Assembly: GCA_041494705.1 (NCBI GenBank)
Contig: JBGQBI010000003.1
Coordinates: 296,449 to 328,448 of the forward strand
DNA: 32,000 nt
Reading direction: 5' to 3'
Source of the DNA: Candidatus Methanoperedens sp.
GTDB lineage: Archaea > Halobacteriota > Methanosarcinia > Methanosarcinales > Methanoperedenaceae
The translations under genes and the position numbers were made by a program. A model generated the notes under the pieces. The model saw nothing but the letters and a program-made list of their open reading frames with translations, searched no databases and was not told the DNA's origin. This document shows, piece after piece, positions 1 through 8,974 of the stretch; position 1 is the first letter of the stretch; each line of letters opens with the position of its first letter.

Positions 1-408
1 GGCAGGGAGATGAAAGGCGGAGAGCTCATAATAGAAGGGAACGCCGCTTATTATCTCGGCGCAGGATACCGCGGAGAGACCTGTGGTATGCGCGGCGGAA
101 AGATAACCGTTCTTGGCAATACCCTTGACTTTATGGGAGAGCACATGTGTGGCGGTGAGATTATCGTGAAAGGAAATGCAGGAATATTGCCCGGGCTCAG
201 CAACAACGGAGGGAAAATAGTCATCGAGGGCAATACAAGCCGCCCCGGCAGCGAGATGGCAAAAGGCACAATAATCGTCAATGGAACTGTGGATGAAATG
301 ATGCCTGTTTTCAAGGCCGAAGGCACGGAAGCCGTTGACGGCGTCACGTACAGGAAATATACGGGCGATGTAATAGTCAATGGCAAAGGTGTTTTGTACG
401 TGAAATAA
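1..408 (+). CDS. fwdC: Formylmethanofuran dehydrogenase subunit C-like protein, 3' part (5' end outside window)
   Basis: The frame is open from base 1. It contains iterated G-rich beta-helix units (GGELIIEGNA, GGKITVLGN, GGEIIVKGNAG, GGKIVIEGN, GTIIVNG) typical of FwdC/FmdC and the GXGXG domain family. The stop is at 406-408. Confidence 0.55.
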   Translation, partial: GREMKGGELIIEGNAAYYLGAGYRGETCGMRGGKITVLGNTLDFMGEHMCGGEIIVKGNAGILPGLSNNGGKIVIEGNTSRPGSEMAKGTIIVNGTVDEMMPVFKAEGTEAVDGVTYRKYTGDVIVNGKGVLYVK

Positions 409-421
409 TCATAAAAAAATG

Positions 422-437
422 TTCGTATTAATACGAA
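422..437. terminator. Perfect 16-bp palindrome TTCGTATTAATACGAA just downstream of the fwdC-like stop, following an A7 run
   Basis: Read directly from the sequence; it is its own reverse complement. The role is unproven and could be a hairpin terminator or a dimeric-regulator site. Confidence 0.3.
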
Positions 438-521
438 TTATATGCCATGATTTATTTAAATATAATTAAAAATAATAAACAAAAGGTATTTTAAGTATCA
501 GCAACAAACTATTAACTAAAT

Positions 522-1364
522 ATGATAATGATTACAGCGATTGTAACGATGATGGTTACTGCCATCATTTCTACAGTGGCGCGTTATGTTACATGGCAGA
601 TATCAGTTGTAGGTGACCCCTTCTATAAGTTCATAATCTGGCATATACTATTATTTTCAATTGCACTTGCTATATTTCTGGACAGACGGCAAGGGTTCAA
701 AAAAACAATCGGAATTGCGGGGTATATTGCACAAAAATATAATAAGACAAATAGAGAGGGCAAGATAAATGCAACAATGAATGCATACCATGAGCATGCC
801 CAAAAACCCAAGCTCCAAAAAGTATTGCTGCCAATCGCGATAACGCTATTCATAGCATATATTCTTTCAGCTCATTTGTTATTTTTTGCAATCGTCACTT
901 CAGGTTCGATGGAGCCAACCTTTAAAAAAGGCGACCTCGTATTTATGCAGGATATTTTAATACAGCCAAAAGTCGGGGATATAATAATATTCCCTGACCC
1001 CCAAAAAAATGTGGTTTCGAATAAACCGGTTACGGTAACGCACAGGATTATTGAGATAAATGGGGATACAATAAGAACAAAAGGTGATAATAATCCTAAT
1101 ACAGATAGCTGGAAAATCAATAAAAAAGATGTAATCGGTAAAGCCTTCATTATAGGTTCAAATCCCGCAGTCTTAAAAGATTTGGGTAGATATTTCTTAC
1201 TGGATTTCAGGACAGACCAATACACGGAGGAATACCTTGCTATAGCAAAGACTATCCAGAACATGAGAAGCATGGGGCTGATGATATTCTTCGGATGTCT
1301 TGTAATGTATTTGTTCCTGTCAATAAGAGATTCACGTCCTTCAAGACATTTTAAAAGCAGGTGA
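522..1364 (+). CDS. Signal peptidase I, archaeal/eukaryal S26B (Sec11-like) type
   Basis: Catalytic-core motifs are present: TSGSMEPTFKKGDLVF, GDIIIF, VTHRII and RTKGDNNPNTDSW. There is a hydrophobic helix before the SGSMEP box and a C-terminal TM. The first 85 codons form an unusual hydrophobic extension. An in-frame ATG at 777 would give a conventional single-anchor enzyme. Confidence 0.8.
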   Translation: MIMITAIVTMMVTAIISTVARYVTWQISVVGDPFYKFIIWHILLFSIALAIFLDRRQGFKKTIGIAGYIAQKYNKTNREGKINATMNAYHEHAQKPKLQKVLLPIAITLFIAYILSAHLLFFAIVTSGSMEPTFKKGDLVFMQDILIQPKVGDIIIFPDPQKNVVSNKPVTVTHRIIEINGDTIRTKGDNNPNTDSWKINKKDVIGKAFIIGSNPAVLKDLGRYFLLDFRTDQYTEEYLAIAKTIQNMRSMGLMIFFGCLVMYLFLSIRDSRPSRHFKSR

Positions 1365-1499
1365 AAAAGATAAATCGATTTTTTTTTCATAAAGTATATA
1401 AACTATTCCAATAATTAATTTTAAAAACGATTTTAATCTTGAAGGTCTTGTAATATATAAATTAATAGAAGGCATACAAATTAATAGAAGGGGTCGGAT

Positions 1500-2492
1500 T
1501 TGGCGAATTTAGAAAAAATAATTGAACAATTAATAAGTAAACCCGAGTCATATACTATCCAGAGGGACTCGCTTGATACATATATCAAGGAACATCATAT
1601 GTGTCTCAATCCTTTCGCCGACAAGATTATTGATGATAAGATGTTCATCAATAAAGATGAAATTGTCTGCAACAGGATAATGCGGGCTGCCAGGCACAAC
1701 CAGTCAAGCCTGATGATATTAATGGGCCCTACAGGTTCAGGGAAGAGCGAAAATGCCGACTTTATCGTAAGAAACCTGCCTCCCGAGTTTATTTTCTGGT
1801 ATAACCAGATATATGGCCAGAGCTCGATACAGCTTGCTACATCGATAATCGGCGACCTTGACCCCAACTATCTGGCCCAATTATCCACAGCAGACAGGGA
1901 AATGATTCTTGACATATATGATGATGTCTTAAAGGCGCTTGTTAAAAATAACAAGAAATTATTCTGCATATTCGACCAGGGGGAGCATTTCTCAAAAGAT
2001 GCTTTTGAACTTATCACCAATTCCACCAATCCTTATTATGCAGCAAACAGGGCGTTTACGGGTTTGATCCTCGCAGTTCCACGCTTTGAAAAACATATTG
2101 AAGAATGGACTGAAAGTCTTGATACAATGTTAAGAAGGGCTCTTATACGCGAATATACCAGGCCATTTACAGTGTCCCAGCGACTTGAATATATAATACG
2201 CGCCCTTGTTTCCAGTAAGAAAAAGAGCTATCATGAATTAATGAAAAAACGCGATTTTGACCCTTTCGATGAAGATGCCATTTTATACTTGATTGAAAAG
2301 AGTGAAGGACATCCAAGCACTCTTAACAGTCTATGCTATATCTCACTGGAACTTGTGTCTGCAATTTCACCAGACGCAGTAATAACAGAATCTATTGTTC
2401 AGGAAGCCTGGACTAAATTCCCGAATAAAACAATCCATCACGACGCTATAAACTGGTATAAAGAGAAAGGTCTATACCAGAAGCAAGACTAA
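1500..2492 (+). CDS. P-loop NTPase, ExeA-like AAA ATPase (TTG start)
   Basis: Walker A is GPTGSGKSE and Walker B-like is LFCIFDQGEHF. An NPF-containing N-terminal segment precedes the P-loop, as in ExeA-type ATPases. An AGAAGGGG Shine-Dalgarno-like element lies just upstream. Confidence 0.6.
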   Translation: MANLEKIIEQLISKPESYTIQRDSLDTYIKEHHMCLNPFADKIIDDKMFINKDEIVCNRIMRAARHNQSSLMILMGPTGSGKSENADFIVRNLPPEFIFWYNQIYGQSSIQLATSIIGDLDPNYLAQLSTADREMILDIYDDVLKALVKNNKKLFCIFDQGEHFSKDAFELITNSTNPYYAANRAFTGLILAVPRFEKHIEEWTESLDTMLRRALIREYTRPFTVSQRLEYIIRALVSSKKKSYHELMKKRDFDPFDEDAILYLIEKSEGHPSTLNSLCYISLELVSAISPDAVITESIVQEAWTKFPNKTIHHDAINWYKEKGLYQKQD

Positions 2493-2495
2493 AAG

Positions 2496-3767
2496 ATGCC
2501 AGCAATGGAAAAAAATAATGCACGCTATTCAAGCAAAAGAATTAATATCGATTCATTATTAAAAAAGGAAGATGCTTATATCAGTAAGAAACTGGATTTG
2601 AACAGCCTGCTTGGGGCACCTGAATCCACCCGTACTCGGGTTTTACAGCCTGTTCATGGACAGGATAAGAAGGTCAGGCACATCTCGCCCGGCGAATATA
2701 TAGTCGTAATAAGCATGATCCTTACCTCAATATATCTGCTGGTTACATCATTTTTCCCTCTTGTATACAATATTGTCACATCTTTTGAACCTATAAATTT
2801 CCTGATGAATTTACTATACTTCATTCTGGGAATCGGGAGCCTCGCTGGCGCTTTTTTAGTACTTAAAAAGGGGACGCATCTTGAACATATAGCAAACGAT
2901 ACTTTTGATGAAGTGGTTTATAAACGCCTTGAGCCCGTACTGCGTGATGTGGCCGATGTTCAGGTAGGATTGACCGATGTTCATTCCCAGCTGGAAATGA
3001 TGAACCTGAATCTTGAAAAAATAGGAAAGGTCAAAGAAACGGTAACCCGGGAAATCCACCAGGAAGCTGCGCCGGCCCAGACTTCGATGTACATTAAATA
3101 CATCGTATTAATCAATGTCACGCTTGCCACATTTTTATTCATGCTGCAATACCCGCTGGAATATATTCCCTATGCAGTTACCATAGTGTATATTGTCTGG
3201 TGGGCAGTAATTACTGCCGAATTCAAGCTCTGGAATGTGGAATCGGTATGGATGTGGGTTTTTGGTCCGATTTTAGTACTCCCGGTGTATTCGATTATCA
3301 TGAACGCCTATCTGCGTGATTACCAGATGTTCGGCTCATTGTTCATCGGGCTTGTCATTTATGTTTTCGTATATTATTCATGGTGTTCCAATATGGTACG
3401 GGGCGTGCTCCCTCTTGACCTTCATATAGCCCTCGCGGAATTAAAAAAGAAACTTAAAGAAAAACCTGAAGAAGAAACACCTAAACCCAAGATTACAATG
3501 CCCCGTATTGAATTGAAAATGCCTTTTAAATTTAATTTATACCATCTTGGAATTTCAATGGTAATAGGGTCAATTATTCTATTCGCTTCTGCCTGGTTCG
3601 GTTTTTCTATAGAGCACAATTTAATACCCAATGTCTCGTGGAAAAACTTTGGCTTGAATGAGTTTACGTGGAAACCTCTGTATTCCTATGCCTTAACCCT
3701 CTTGGGTATGCTTTTCCTCGGGCTGGGTTTCAGGATATTGTTGAAATTCCGGAGGAGCCAGGATTGA
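2496..3767 (+). CDS. Polytopic membrane protein of unknown function with a central soluble/coiled segment
   Basis: Multiple long hydrophobic segments flank a charged region (EVVYKRLEPVLRDVADVQVGLTDVHSQLEMMNLNLEKIGK). It starts 4 nt after the ATPase stop, and its stop overlaps the next gene's start (TTGA at 3764-3767). Confidence 0.6.
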   Translation: MPAMEKNNARYSSKRINIDSLLKKEDAYISKKLDLNSLLGAPESTRTRVLQPVHGQDKKVRHISPGEYIVVISMILTSIYLLVTSFFPLVYNIVTSFEPINFLMNLLYFILGIGSLAGAFLVLKKGTHLEHIANDTFDEVVYKRLEPVLRDVADVQVGLTDVHSQLEMMNLNLEKIGKVKETVTREIHQEAAPAQTSMYIKYIVLINVTLATFLFMLQYPLEYIPYAVTIVYIVWWAVITAEFKLWNVESVWMWVFGPILVLPVYSIIMNAYLRDYQMFGSLFIGLVIYVFVYYSWCSNMVRGVLPLDLHIALAELKKKLKEKPEEETPKPKITMPRIELKMPFKFNLYHLGISMVIGSIILFASAWFGFSIEHNLIPNVSWKNFGLNEFTWKPLYSYALTLLGMLFLGLGFRILLKFRRSQD

Positions 3768-5506
3768 AGAGACTCATTATCTTAATCATTTTTTTATTAT
3801 TGTGGCCAGCTGTTTGCGCTGCTGAAAAAATAAATGGTCTGGATGTTGAGTGGGAATCCGGGACATCATATACCCTTAGCTGGACGAATCCCACAGTCAC
3901 CGTAGGAGATTATGTCATACGGGTTTTTGATTTTGACTGGAAGGGAAATGCGGTCATATCAGTTACAAGAAAAGGCGTGACCCAGAACGGAATAATATCC
4001 AACCAGGGTGAAAACTTAGTTATGGATTTTACAGGAAATAGCACCACTTTCCAGGGAATCCTGATTGGTATGGGAGATGTTTCAAATTATGTATCCATCC
4101 CTGGAACCATCCCAATCAACGTTGGAACATTCCCATGCTGCCCTCAGGCCACTATCAGTATTGCGGTCTCAAAAGATCTTACCCAAAAAAAACCGGTATT
4201 GGAGCTTGATATGGAAACGAACTGGGATGGAGGTCTGGGTAGAATATCAGATATGAATTTTGAAATCAAAAATACTGGCGACGCAGATCTTTCCGGGGGC
4301 AATGTTACGATAAATTTAGACGGCTTAATACCCGCCAATGATAGGCAATTATCAGATAATGCATTAACATATAACCCCAAAAAAGGTATAGTAACCAAAG
4401 GATGGAGCACTCCGCTTTTAAGGAATAATTCGGTCTATTTTAATATATCGGTAAAGTCACCAGTCCCGTCGAATAAAACATCCTTTACGATTTCAGGTCA
4501 GAGTTATTTTAAGGATTCAAGCGGTAATCTGTATTCTGCAACGAAGTCTGAAACCGTCTCCCTTACCCCTACTTTCAGTTTAACGAAATCAATAAGCCAG
4601 TATTCGATTCTTGGCGATAGGTCGTATGGGGATATCGATAAATTCTTCGCTCTTAGTAATGTGAGTGTTGTAAATTTAAATGTTGCGAACACGCAAAGCT
4701 ATTCATTAAAATCGGTGACTCTCACGGATACCGTGATGAATGATTTTGATTTAATAAACGATTCCATAGCCCCAACAAAAGATTTTAAATTAATAAATAA
4801 TAATACATTGCAGTGGGTTTTTGACCTTAATTCAAGTGAATCGAGGGAATTTAAATACCATTTAACCGCCCGGAAAATAGGAAGTTTTACAGCGCCTGGT
4901 GCGGTGGCGCAGTGGAATGCATGGGGAGTTACCGGAAAAGCTTCTTCAAACATGCCTGCAACACGGGTATATGGTGTTTATGTGGTAGTGACCAGGAAAA
5001 CTGATAAAACCAATCCAAAGTTGAACGAAAGCCTGAATGTAACAACTACATTGGAGAATATAGGCGACTTTCCTGCGGGATTTAATGCAACGGATATTCT
5101 TCCGAAAAATACCACATTCATTTCAGGAACCACGACCTTCAGCGGTTATTTGTACCCCAAGTCTGAACCTGTTTCTTTCAATTATAATTTGTCCGTTGAT
5201 AAACCGGGTGATCTGGAATTTCCATCACCTGTAATCACTTTCTGGAAAAAAGATTATGATGGGTCATTTGGTGTAATACCCGGCAATAAAATCACGGTCA
5301 TCGGCCCCTCTCTCTTAGCAGTGGCTGCCGCGGCTTCAGGCCAGGCCAATATCTCCCAGGCTCCCACAGCCACCCCCATCCCCAAGAGTTTGCTTGATAT
5401 CATAGATGAGAAGGTTCCCTGGCTTGAGGGCGCTGTCCCGATAATCATGTTAATTGTTGCTATTATTTTAATGCTTATGCTGCATGTTATTAACAGGGAA
5501 TCATGA
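3764..5506 (+). CDS. Secreted, C-terminally membrane-anchored surface (S-layer/adhesin-like) protein rich in N-glycosylation sequons
   Basis: From a TTG start at 3764 the protein begins with a signal peptide, (M)KRLIILIIFLLLWPAVCAAEK. The body is beta-rich with CARDB/DUF11-like segments (e.g. LNVTTTLENIGDFPAGFNATDILP) and carries more than a dozen N-x-S/T sequons. A C-terminal TM helix (AVPIIMLIVAIILMLMLHVI) is present. The ORF-track start at 3668 adds 32 non-signal residues that overlap the upstream gene. Confidence 0.65.
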   Translation: MKRLIILIIFLLLWPAVCAAEKINGLDVEWESGTSYTLSWTNPTVTVGDYVIRVFDFDWKGNAVISVTRKGVTQNGIISNQGENLVMDFTGNSTTFQGILIGMGDVSNYVSIPGTIPINVGTFPCCPQATISIAVSKDLTQKKPVLELDMETNWDGGLGRISDMNFEIKNTGDADLSGGNVTINLDGLIPANDRQLSDNALTYNPKKGIVTKGWSTPLLRNNSVYFNISVKSPVPSNKTSFTISGQSYFKDSSGNLYSATKSETVSLTPTFSLTKSISQYSILGDRSYGDIDKFFALSNVSVVNLNVANTQSYSLKSVTLTDTVMNDFDLINDSIAPTKDFKLINNNTLQWVFDLNSSESREFKYHLTARKIGSFTAPGAVAQWNAWGVTGKASSNMPATRVYGVYVVVTRKTDKTNPKLNESLNVTTTLENIGDFPAGFNATDILPKNTTFISGTTTFSGYLYPKSEPVSFNYNLSVDKPGDLEFPSPVITFWKKDYDGSFGVIPGNKITVIGPSLLAVAAAASGQANISQAPTATPIPKSLLDIIDEKVPWLEGAVPIIMLIVAIILMLMLHVINRES

Positions 5507-6138
5507 AAGCTGAGAATATTATCGGCTTAGCGATTCTGGTGGTATTCGGACTTATTGTGGGCATACTATTCTCTGTTTATTCGCATGATAAGCAACTCAA
5601 TATTAAATCTGGTAAAACGCCAGGATACCCCAATAACACGCAAATCAATGGCGACAAACAGGTCGAGGGTAACACCCAGGTTTCGAACTTTACAGAGCTG
5701 GTTTCAAATGGAAAAAACATTTGCGAAGGATGCCATCTTTCGGGAAAGAAAATCTATCCCCAGGCATACCAGGTAAAACAGCACGTCGAAGGGGGCGCAT
5801 ATTGCCTCGAATGCCATACGATTGACCATAAAGTGCATCCCATGAGCCCGAAAGATAAAAACGTGACCTGTGAAAGCTGTCATGGGGCAGCATCCCCACA
5901 GGTGCCAACTTTTCGCAACGGTACAATATCATGCGCAAATTGCCATGATTACCCTGACCCGCTAAAGCCAAGCAATGGTAATCTTATTGTGATACACCGC
6001 GAGAGAAATGTGGATTGTATAAAATGCCATCTGGATTCAACTGCCTCTTGTCTTAAGTGCCATAATGAAATTAAAAGCGATGATAAATGGACAAAAAGGC
6101 TTAATCATTTCAATACGATTGTGAAGACAGCCCAATGA
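5503..6138 (+). CDS. Membrane-anchored hexaheme c-type cytochrome
   Basis: Six CxxCH motifs are present (CEGCH, CLECH, CESCH, CANCH, CIKCH, CLKCH). There is an N-terminal TM anchor (IIGLAILVVFGLIVGILFSVY). The start overlaps the upstream stop (ATGA at 5503-5506). Confidence 0.85.
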   Translation: MKAENIIGLAILVVFGLIVGILFSVYSHDKQLNIKSGKTPGYPNNTQINGDKQVEGNTQVSNFTELVSNGKNICEGCHLSGKKIYPQAYQVKQHVEGGAYCLECHTIDHKVHPMSPKDKNVTCESCHGAASPQVPTFRNGTISCANCHDYPDPLKPSNGNLIVIHRERNVDCIKCHLDSTASCLKCHNEIKSDDKWTKRLNHFNTIVKTAQ

Positions 6139-6173
6139 TTTGTTGTTGAGAATTTTGATATTTCCCAAAATGC

Positions 6174-6219
6174 TTATATATAATGAACATAATTGTACAT
6201 CAATGTACTAATATGTACA
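6174..6219 (+). promoter_or_regulatory. Putative trp promoter/operator: TATA-like TTATATATAA (6174-6183) followed by three TGTACA-type boxes at 6194, 6204 and 6214
   Basis: TGTACA (6194-6199), TGTACT (6204-6209) and TGTACA (6214-6219) start exactly 10 bp apart, between the TATA-like element and the ATG at 6231. TGTACA is the TRP-box recognised by TrpY in Methanothermobacter. Confidence 0.45.
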
Positions 6220-6230
6220 ATTTGATATCT

Positions 6231-6989
6231 ATGCACCCGATAATCAATGAAATACTGGAATCAACACAAAAAAGAATTCCGCTTATCACGGATTTTCAAA
6301 AAAAGAATATGACAGCGCGGAATTTCCGGGAAAGCATTGAAACTATAAAGATGAAAAACCGGATTCCGGTAATCGCAGAAGTGAAACCTTCATCCCCGAC
6401 AAGATTTATCAGGAATGTAACCCCGGAAGATGCAGCCGGGATTGCAATGCAGATGGAAGCAGGCGGTGCGGCGGCGATATCCGTGCTGACAGAGCCGCAA
6501 TTTTTTAAAGGAAGCCTTGAGAACTTAAAAACCGTCAGGACTGCCGTAAAAATCCCTGTGCTGAGGAAGGATTTTATCATAGATAAAGCCCAGATTCAGG
6601 AAGTAGAGAGCGATTTGCTCCTGTTGATTGCAGGGATTCTCGGCGATAAACTGGCTGATTTTGTGGATGAGACCCTGTCATCAGGGCGCAAACCACTTGT
6701 CGAAGTGCATAATGAAAAAGAACTTGAAAATGCGCTTTCTACAGACGCCGATATCATAGGGATAAACAACAGGGACCTCACCACGATGAAAGTTGACATA
6801 ACAACAACCGAAAAGCTGGCGCCGCTTATCAACGGCAGGATAATTATCAGTGAAAGCGGGATATCGAGCCGCGAGGATGCCGTCCGTATGATAGACGCCG
6901 GAGCCGACGCTATTCTAGTAGGAACATCTATTATGCAGGGAAATATTTACGATAAAACATACGAATTAGTTCATGCACTGGACAGGTAA
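6231..6989 (+). CDS. trpC: Indole-3-glycerol-phosphate synthase
   Basis: TIM-barrel IGPS motifs are present: IPVIAEVKPSSP, AISVLTEPQFF, PVLRKDFIID, LVEVHNE, IIGINNRDL and ISESGI. The longest ORF starts at 6183, but that ATG lies inside the TATA-like element, so 6231 is preferred. Confidence 0.85.
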   Translation: MHPIINEILESTQKRIPLITDFQKKNMTARNFRESIETIKMKNRIPVIAEVKPSSPTRFIRNVTPEDAAGIAMQMEAGGAAAISVLTEPQFFKGSLENLKTVRTAVKIPVLRKDFIIDKAQIQEVESDLLLLIAGILGDKLADFVDETLSSGRKPLVEVHNEKELENALSTDADIIGINNRDLTTMKVDITTTEKLAPLINGRIIISESGISSREDAVRMIDAGADAILVGTSIMQGNIYDKTYELVHALDR

Positions 6990-7004
6990 AAACAGGGAAA
7001 AAAT

Positions 7005-8192
7005 ATGAAACAGGAATTGAAAAAAACCAAATTCGGCAAATACGGCGGGCAGTTCGTACCTGAGGTATTGATGCCTGCCATCGAGGAATTGACAGAACAA
7101 TACGAGAAATACAAAGACGACCCTGTTTTTAATGAGGAACTGGATTATTACCTGCGGGATTTTGCAGGACGCCCTTCTCCATTATATTTCGCAAAGCACC
7201 TCAGCAGGGAATACGGCGTCAGGATTTACTTAAAGCGCGAAGACCTTATCCACGGCGGCGCGCATAAATTGAATAATACTCTCGGGCAGGCTCTCCTGAC
7301 CAGATATATGGGGAAAAAAAGGATAATAGCAGAGACTGGAGCTGGCCAGCACGGCACAGCCTGCGCGATGGCTGGCGCAGCTTTCGGCATCAAGACCGAG
7401 GTTTACATGGGCGCCAGGGATACGGTGCGCCAGCGCATGAATGTTTACAGGATGGAATTAATGGGAGCAAAGGTCATACCAGTTAAAAGCGGCTCGCAGA
7501 CCCTGAAAGATGCTATCAATGAAGCGATGCGTGACTGGGCGGCCAATGTCGAGACTACCCATTACATGATTGGCTCCGTGGTCGGCCCGCACCCTTATCC
7601 CACGATGGTGCGCGATTTCCAGAGCGTCATAGGAAAAGAAGTCCGCACACAGATTATGGAAAAGGAGGGAAGATTCCCTGATTCCATTGTCGCATGCACT
7701 GGCGGAGGCAGCAATGCCATGGGGATTTTTTATCCTTTCATCGAGGATGATGTTGACCTCTTCGCCGTTGAAGCGGGCGGAAGCGGTATGAAAGTTACCG
7801 ATAAGGAAGCACTCCACTCGGCGACCTTGTGCACGGGTGAAGAGGGTATTCTTCACGGGATGCACACGAAGGTTCTCCAGAATAAGTACGGGCAGATACT
7901 CGAATCAAGTTCGATAGCTGCGGGTCTTGATTATGCAGGCGTTGGCCCGGAACTTGCCTATCTGGCGGACATCGGGAGGATTAAACCCCGAAATTCCATG
8001 GACAGTGAAGCGCTCGATGCGTTCCATGACCTTTGCAGGCTTGAAGGCATTATACCGGCGCTTGAATCTTCGCATGCCCTGGCATATGTCAAAAAGGCGG
8101 CATCGTCGGGGGAACTCGGTGATATTGTTGTAATTAATATTTCAGGAAGAGGCGACAAAGACCTTGAGACCGTGATGGGGATGAAAAAATGA
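7005..8192 (+). CDS. trpB: Tryptophan synthase beta chain
   Basis: Motifs present: [27 protein letters not shown] (PLP lysine), [16 protein letters not shown] and SGRGDKD. Confidence 0.95.
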   Translation: MKQELKKTKFGKYGGQFVPEVLMPAIEELTEQYEKYKDDPVFNEELDYYLRDFAGRPSPLYFAKHLSREYGVRIYLKREDLIHGGAHKLNNTLGQALLTRYMGKKRIIAETGAGQHGTACAMAGAAFGIKTEVYMGARDTVRQRMNVYRMELMGAKVIPVKSGSQTLKDAINEAMRDWAANVETTHYMIGSVVGPHPYPTMVRDFQSVIGKEVRTQIMEKEGRFPDSIVACTGGGSNAMGIFYPFIEDDVDLFAVEAGGSGMKVTDKEALHSATLCTGEEGILHGMHTKVLQNKYGQILESSSIAAGLDYAGVGPELAYLADIGRIKPRNSMDSEALDAFHDLCRLEGIIPALESSHALAYVKKAASSGELGDIVVINISGRGDKDLETVMGMKK

Positions 8193-8974
8193 AGATGAGC
8201 GATAAGTTCAACGAGCTAAAGAAGAAAAAAGAAGGCGCGTTAATCGCTTACATCTGTGCCGGAGACCCCACGCCTGAAGCTACGAAAGAATACGTAACCG
8301 CGCTTGTAAGGGGCGGCGCCGATATTATTGAACTCGGGCTTCCATTCTCAGACCCTACCGCAGACGGACCCACCATCCAGGCCGGGATTGAGCGCGCGCT
8401 CAACGGCGGTATGACGCCGGATATTTATTTTAAGACTGTCGGTTCCCTTAAGGTTCATATCCCGCTTGTGGTAATGACTTACTACAACCTTATTTTCAAA
8501 AGAGGCCTTGAAAAATTCGTGAAAGACTGCATCGCATCCGGGATTTCAGGTATTATCGTTCCCGACCTTGCAGCTGAAGAATCCGGCGAACTTGCAGGAT
8601 TCTGCAAACAATACGATGTCGACCTCATTTTCCTTGTGGCTCCCACGACCACGGAGTCGAGGATGAAAAGGATACTGGCAGAAGGGACGGGTTTTATCTA
8701 TCTCGTTGCGCGCATGGGTGTTACAGGGGCTCGGAAGGATGTCGCAGCTTCCACGCGCGAACTGGTTGAAAGGGTGAAGACCCAAACTCCGAAAGTAGTC
8801 GGATTCGGGATATCTAACGGCAAACAGGCTTCGGAAATCATACGCACGGGAGCGGACGGGGTAATCGTAGGGTCTGCATTTGTGGATATTATTGCAGGTG
8901 GGAAAGATGTTCCAGGGAGGCTTGAGGCGCTGGCGAGGGAGTTGAAGGATGGGATACGGTCAGCGAGTAAATGA
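8189..8974 (+). CDS. trpA: Tryptophan synthase alpha chain
   Basis: Motifs present: [22 protein letters not shown] and GFGISNG...[10 protein letters not shown]. There is a 4-nt overlap with trpB. Confidence 0.9.
   Translation: MKMSDKFNELKKKKEGALIAYICAGDPTPEATKEYVTALVRGGADIIELGLPFSDPTADGPTIQAGIERALNGGMTPDIYFKTVGSLKVHIPLVVMTYYNLIFKRGLEKFVKDCIASGISGIIVPDLAAEESGELAGFCKQYDVDLIFLVAPTTTESRMKRILAEGTGFIYLVARMGVTGARKDVAASTRELVERVKTQTPKVVGFGISNGKQASEIIRTGADGVIVGSAFVDIIAGGKDVPGRLEALARELKDGIRSASK

Noticed and set aside
872-1390. A 172-aa - strand ORF overlapping the signal peptidase gene; also the antisense ORFs at 51-386 and 623-853.
   Set aside because: The + strand ORFs carry diagnostic motifs (SGSMEP, GDNN; G-rich beta-helix repeats). 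The antisense products show none.
3668-3763. A 32-codon N-terminal extension of the surface-protein ORF (METSVFLCLNPLGY...).
   Set aside because: It overlaps the 3' end of the upstream membrane-protein gene. An in-frame TTG at 3764 yields a textbook signal peptide and a 4-nt start/stop overlap.
5555-5971. Overlapping ORFs (73 aa on the + strand, 93 aa on the - strand) within the cytochrome gene, and a 63-aa + strand ORF (4065-4256) within the surface-protein gene.
   Set aside because: They are out of frame relative to ORFs with strong features (six CxxCH motifs; signal peptide and TM anchor), and show no motifs of their own.
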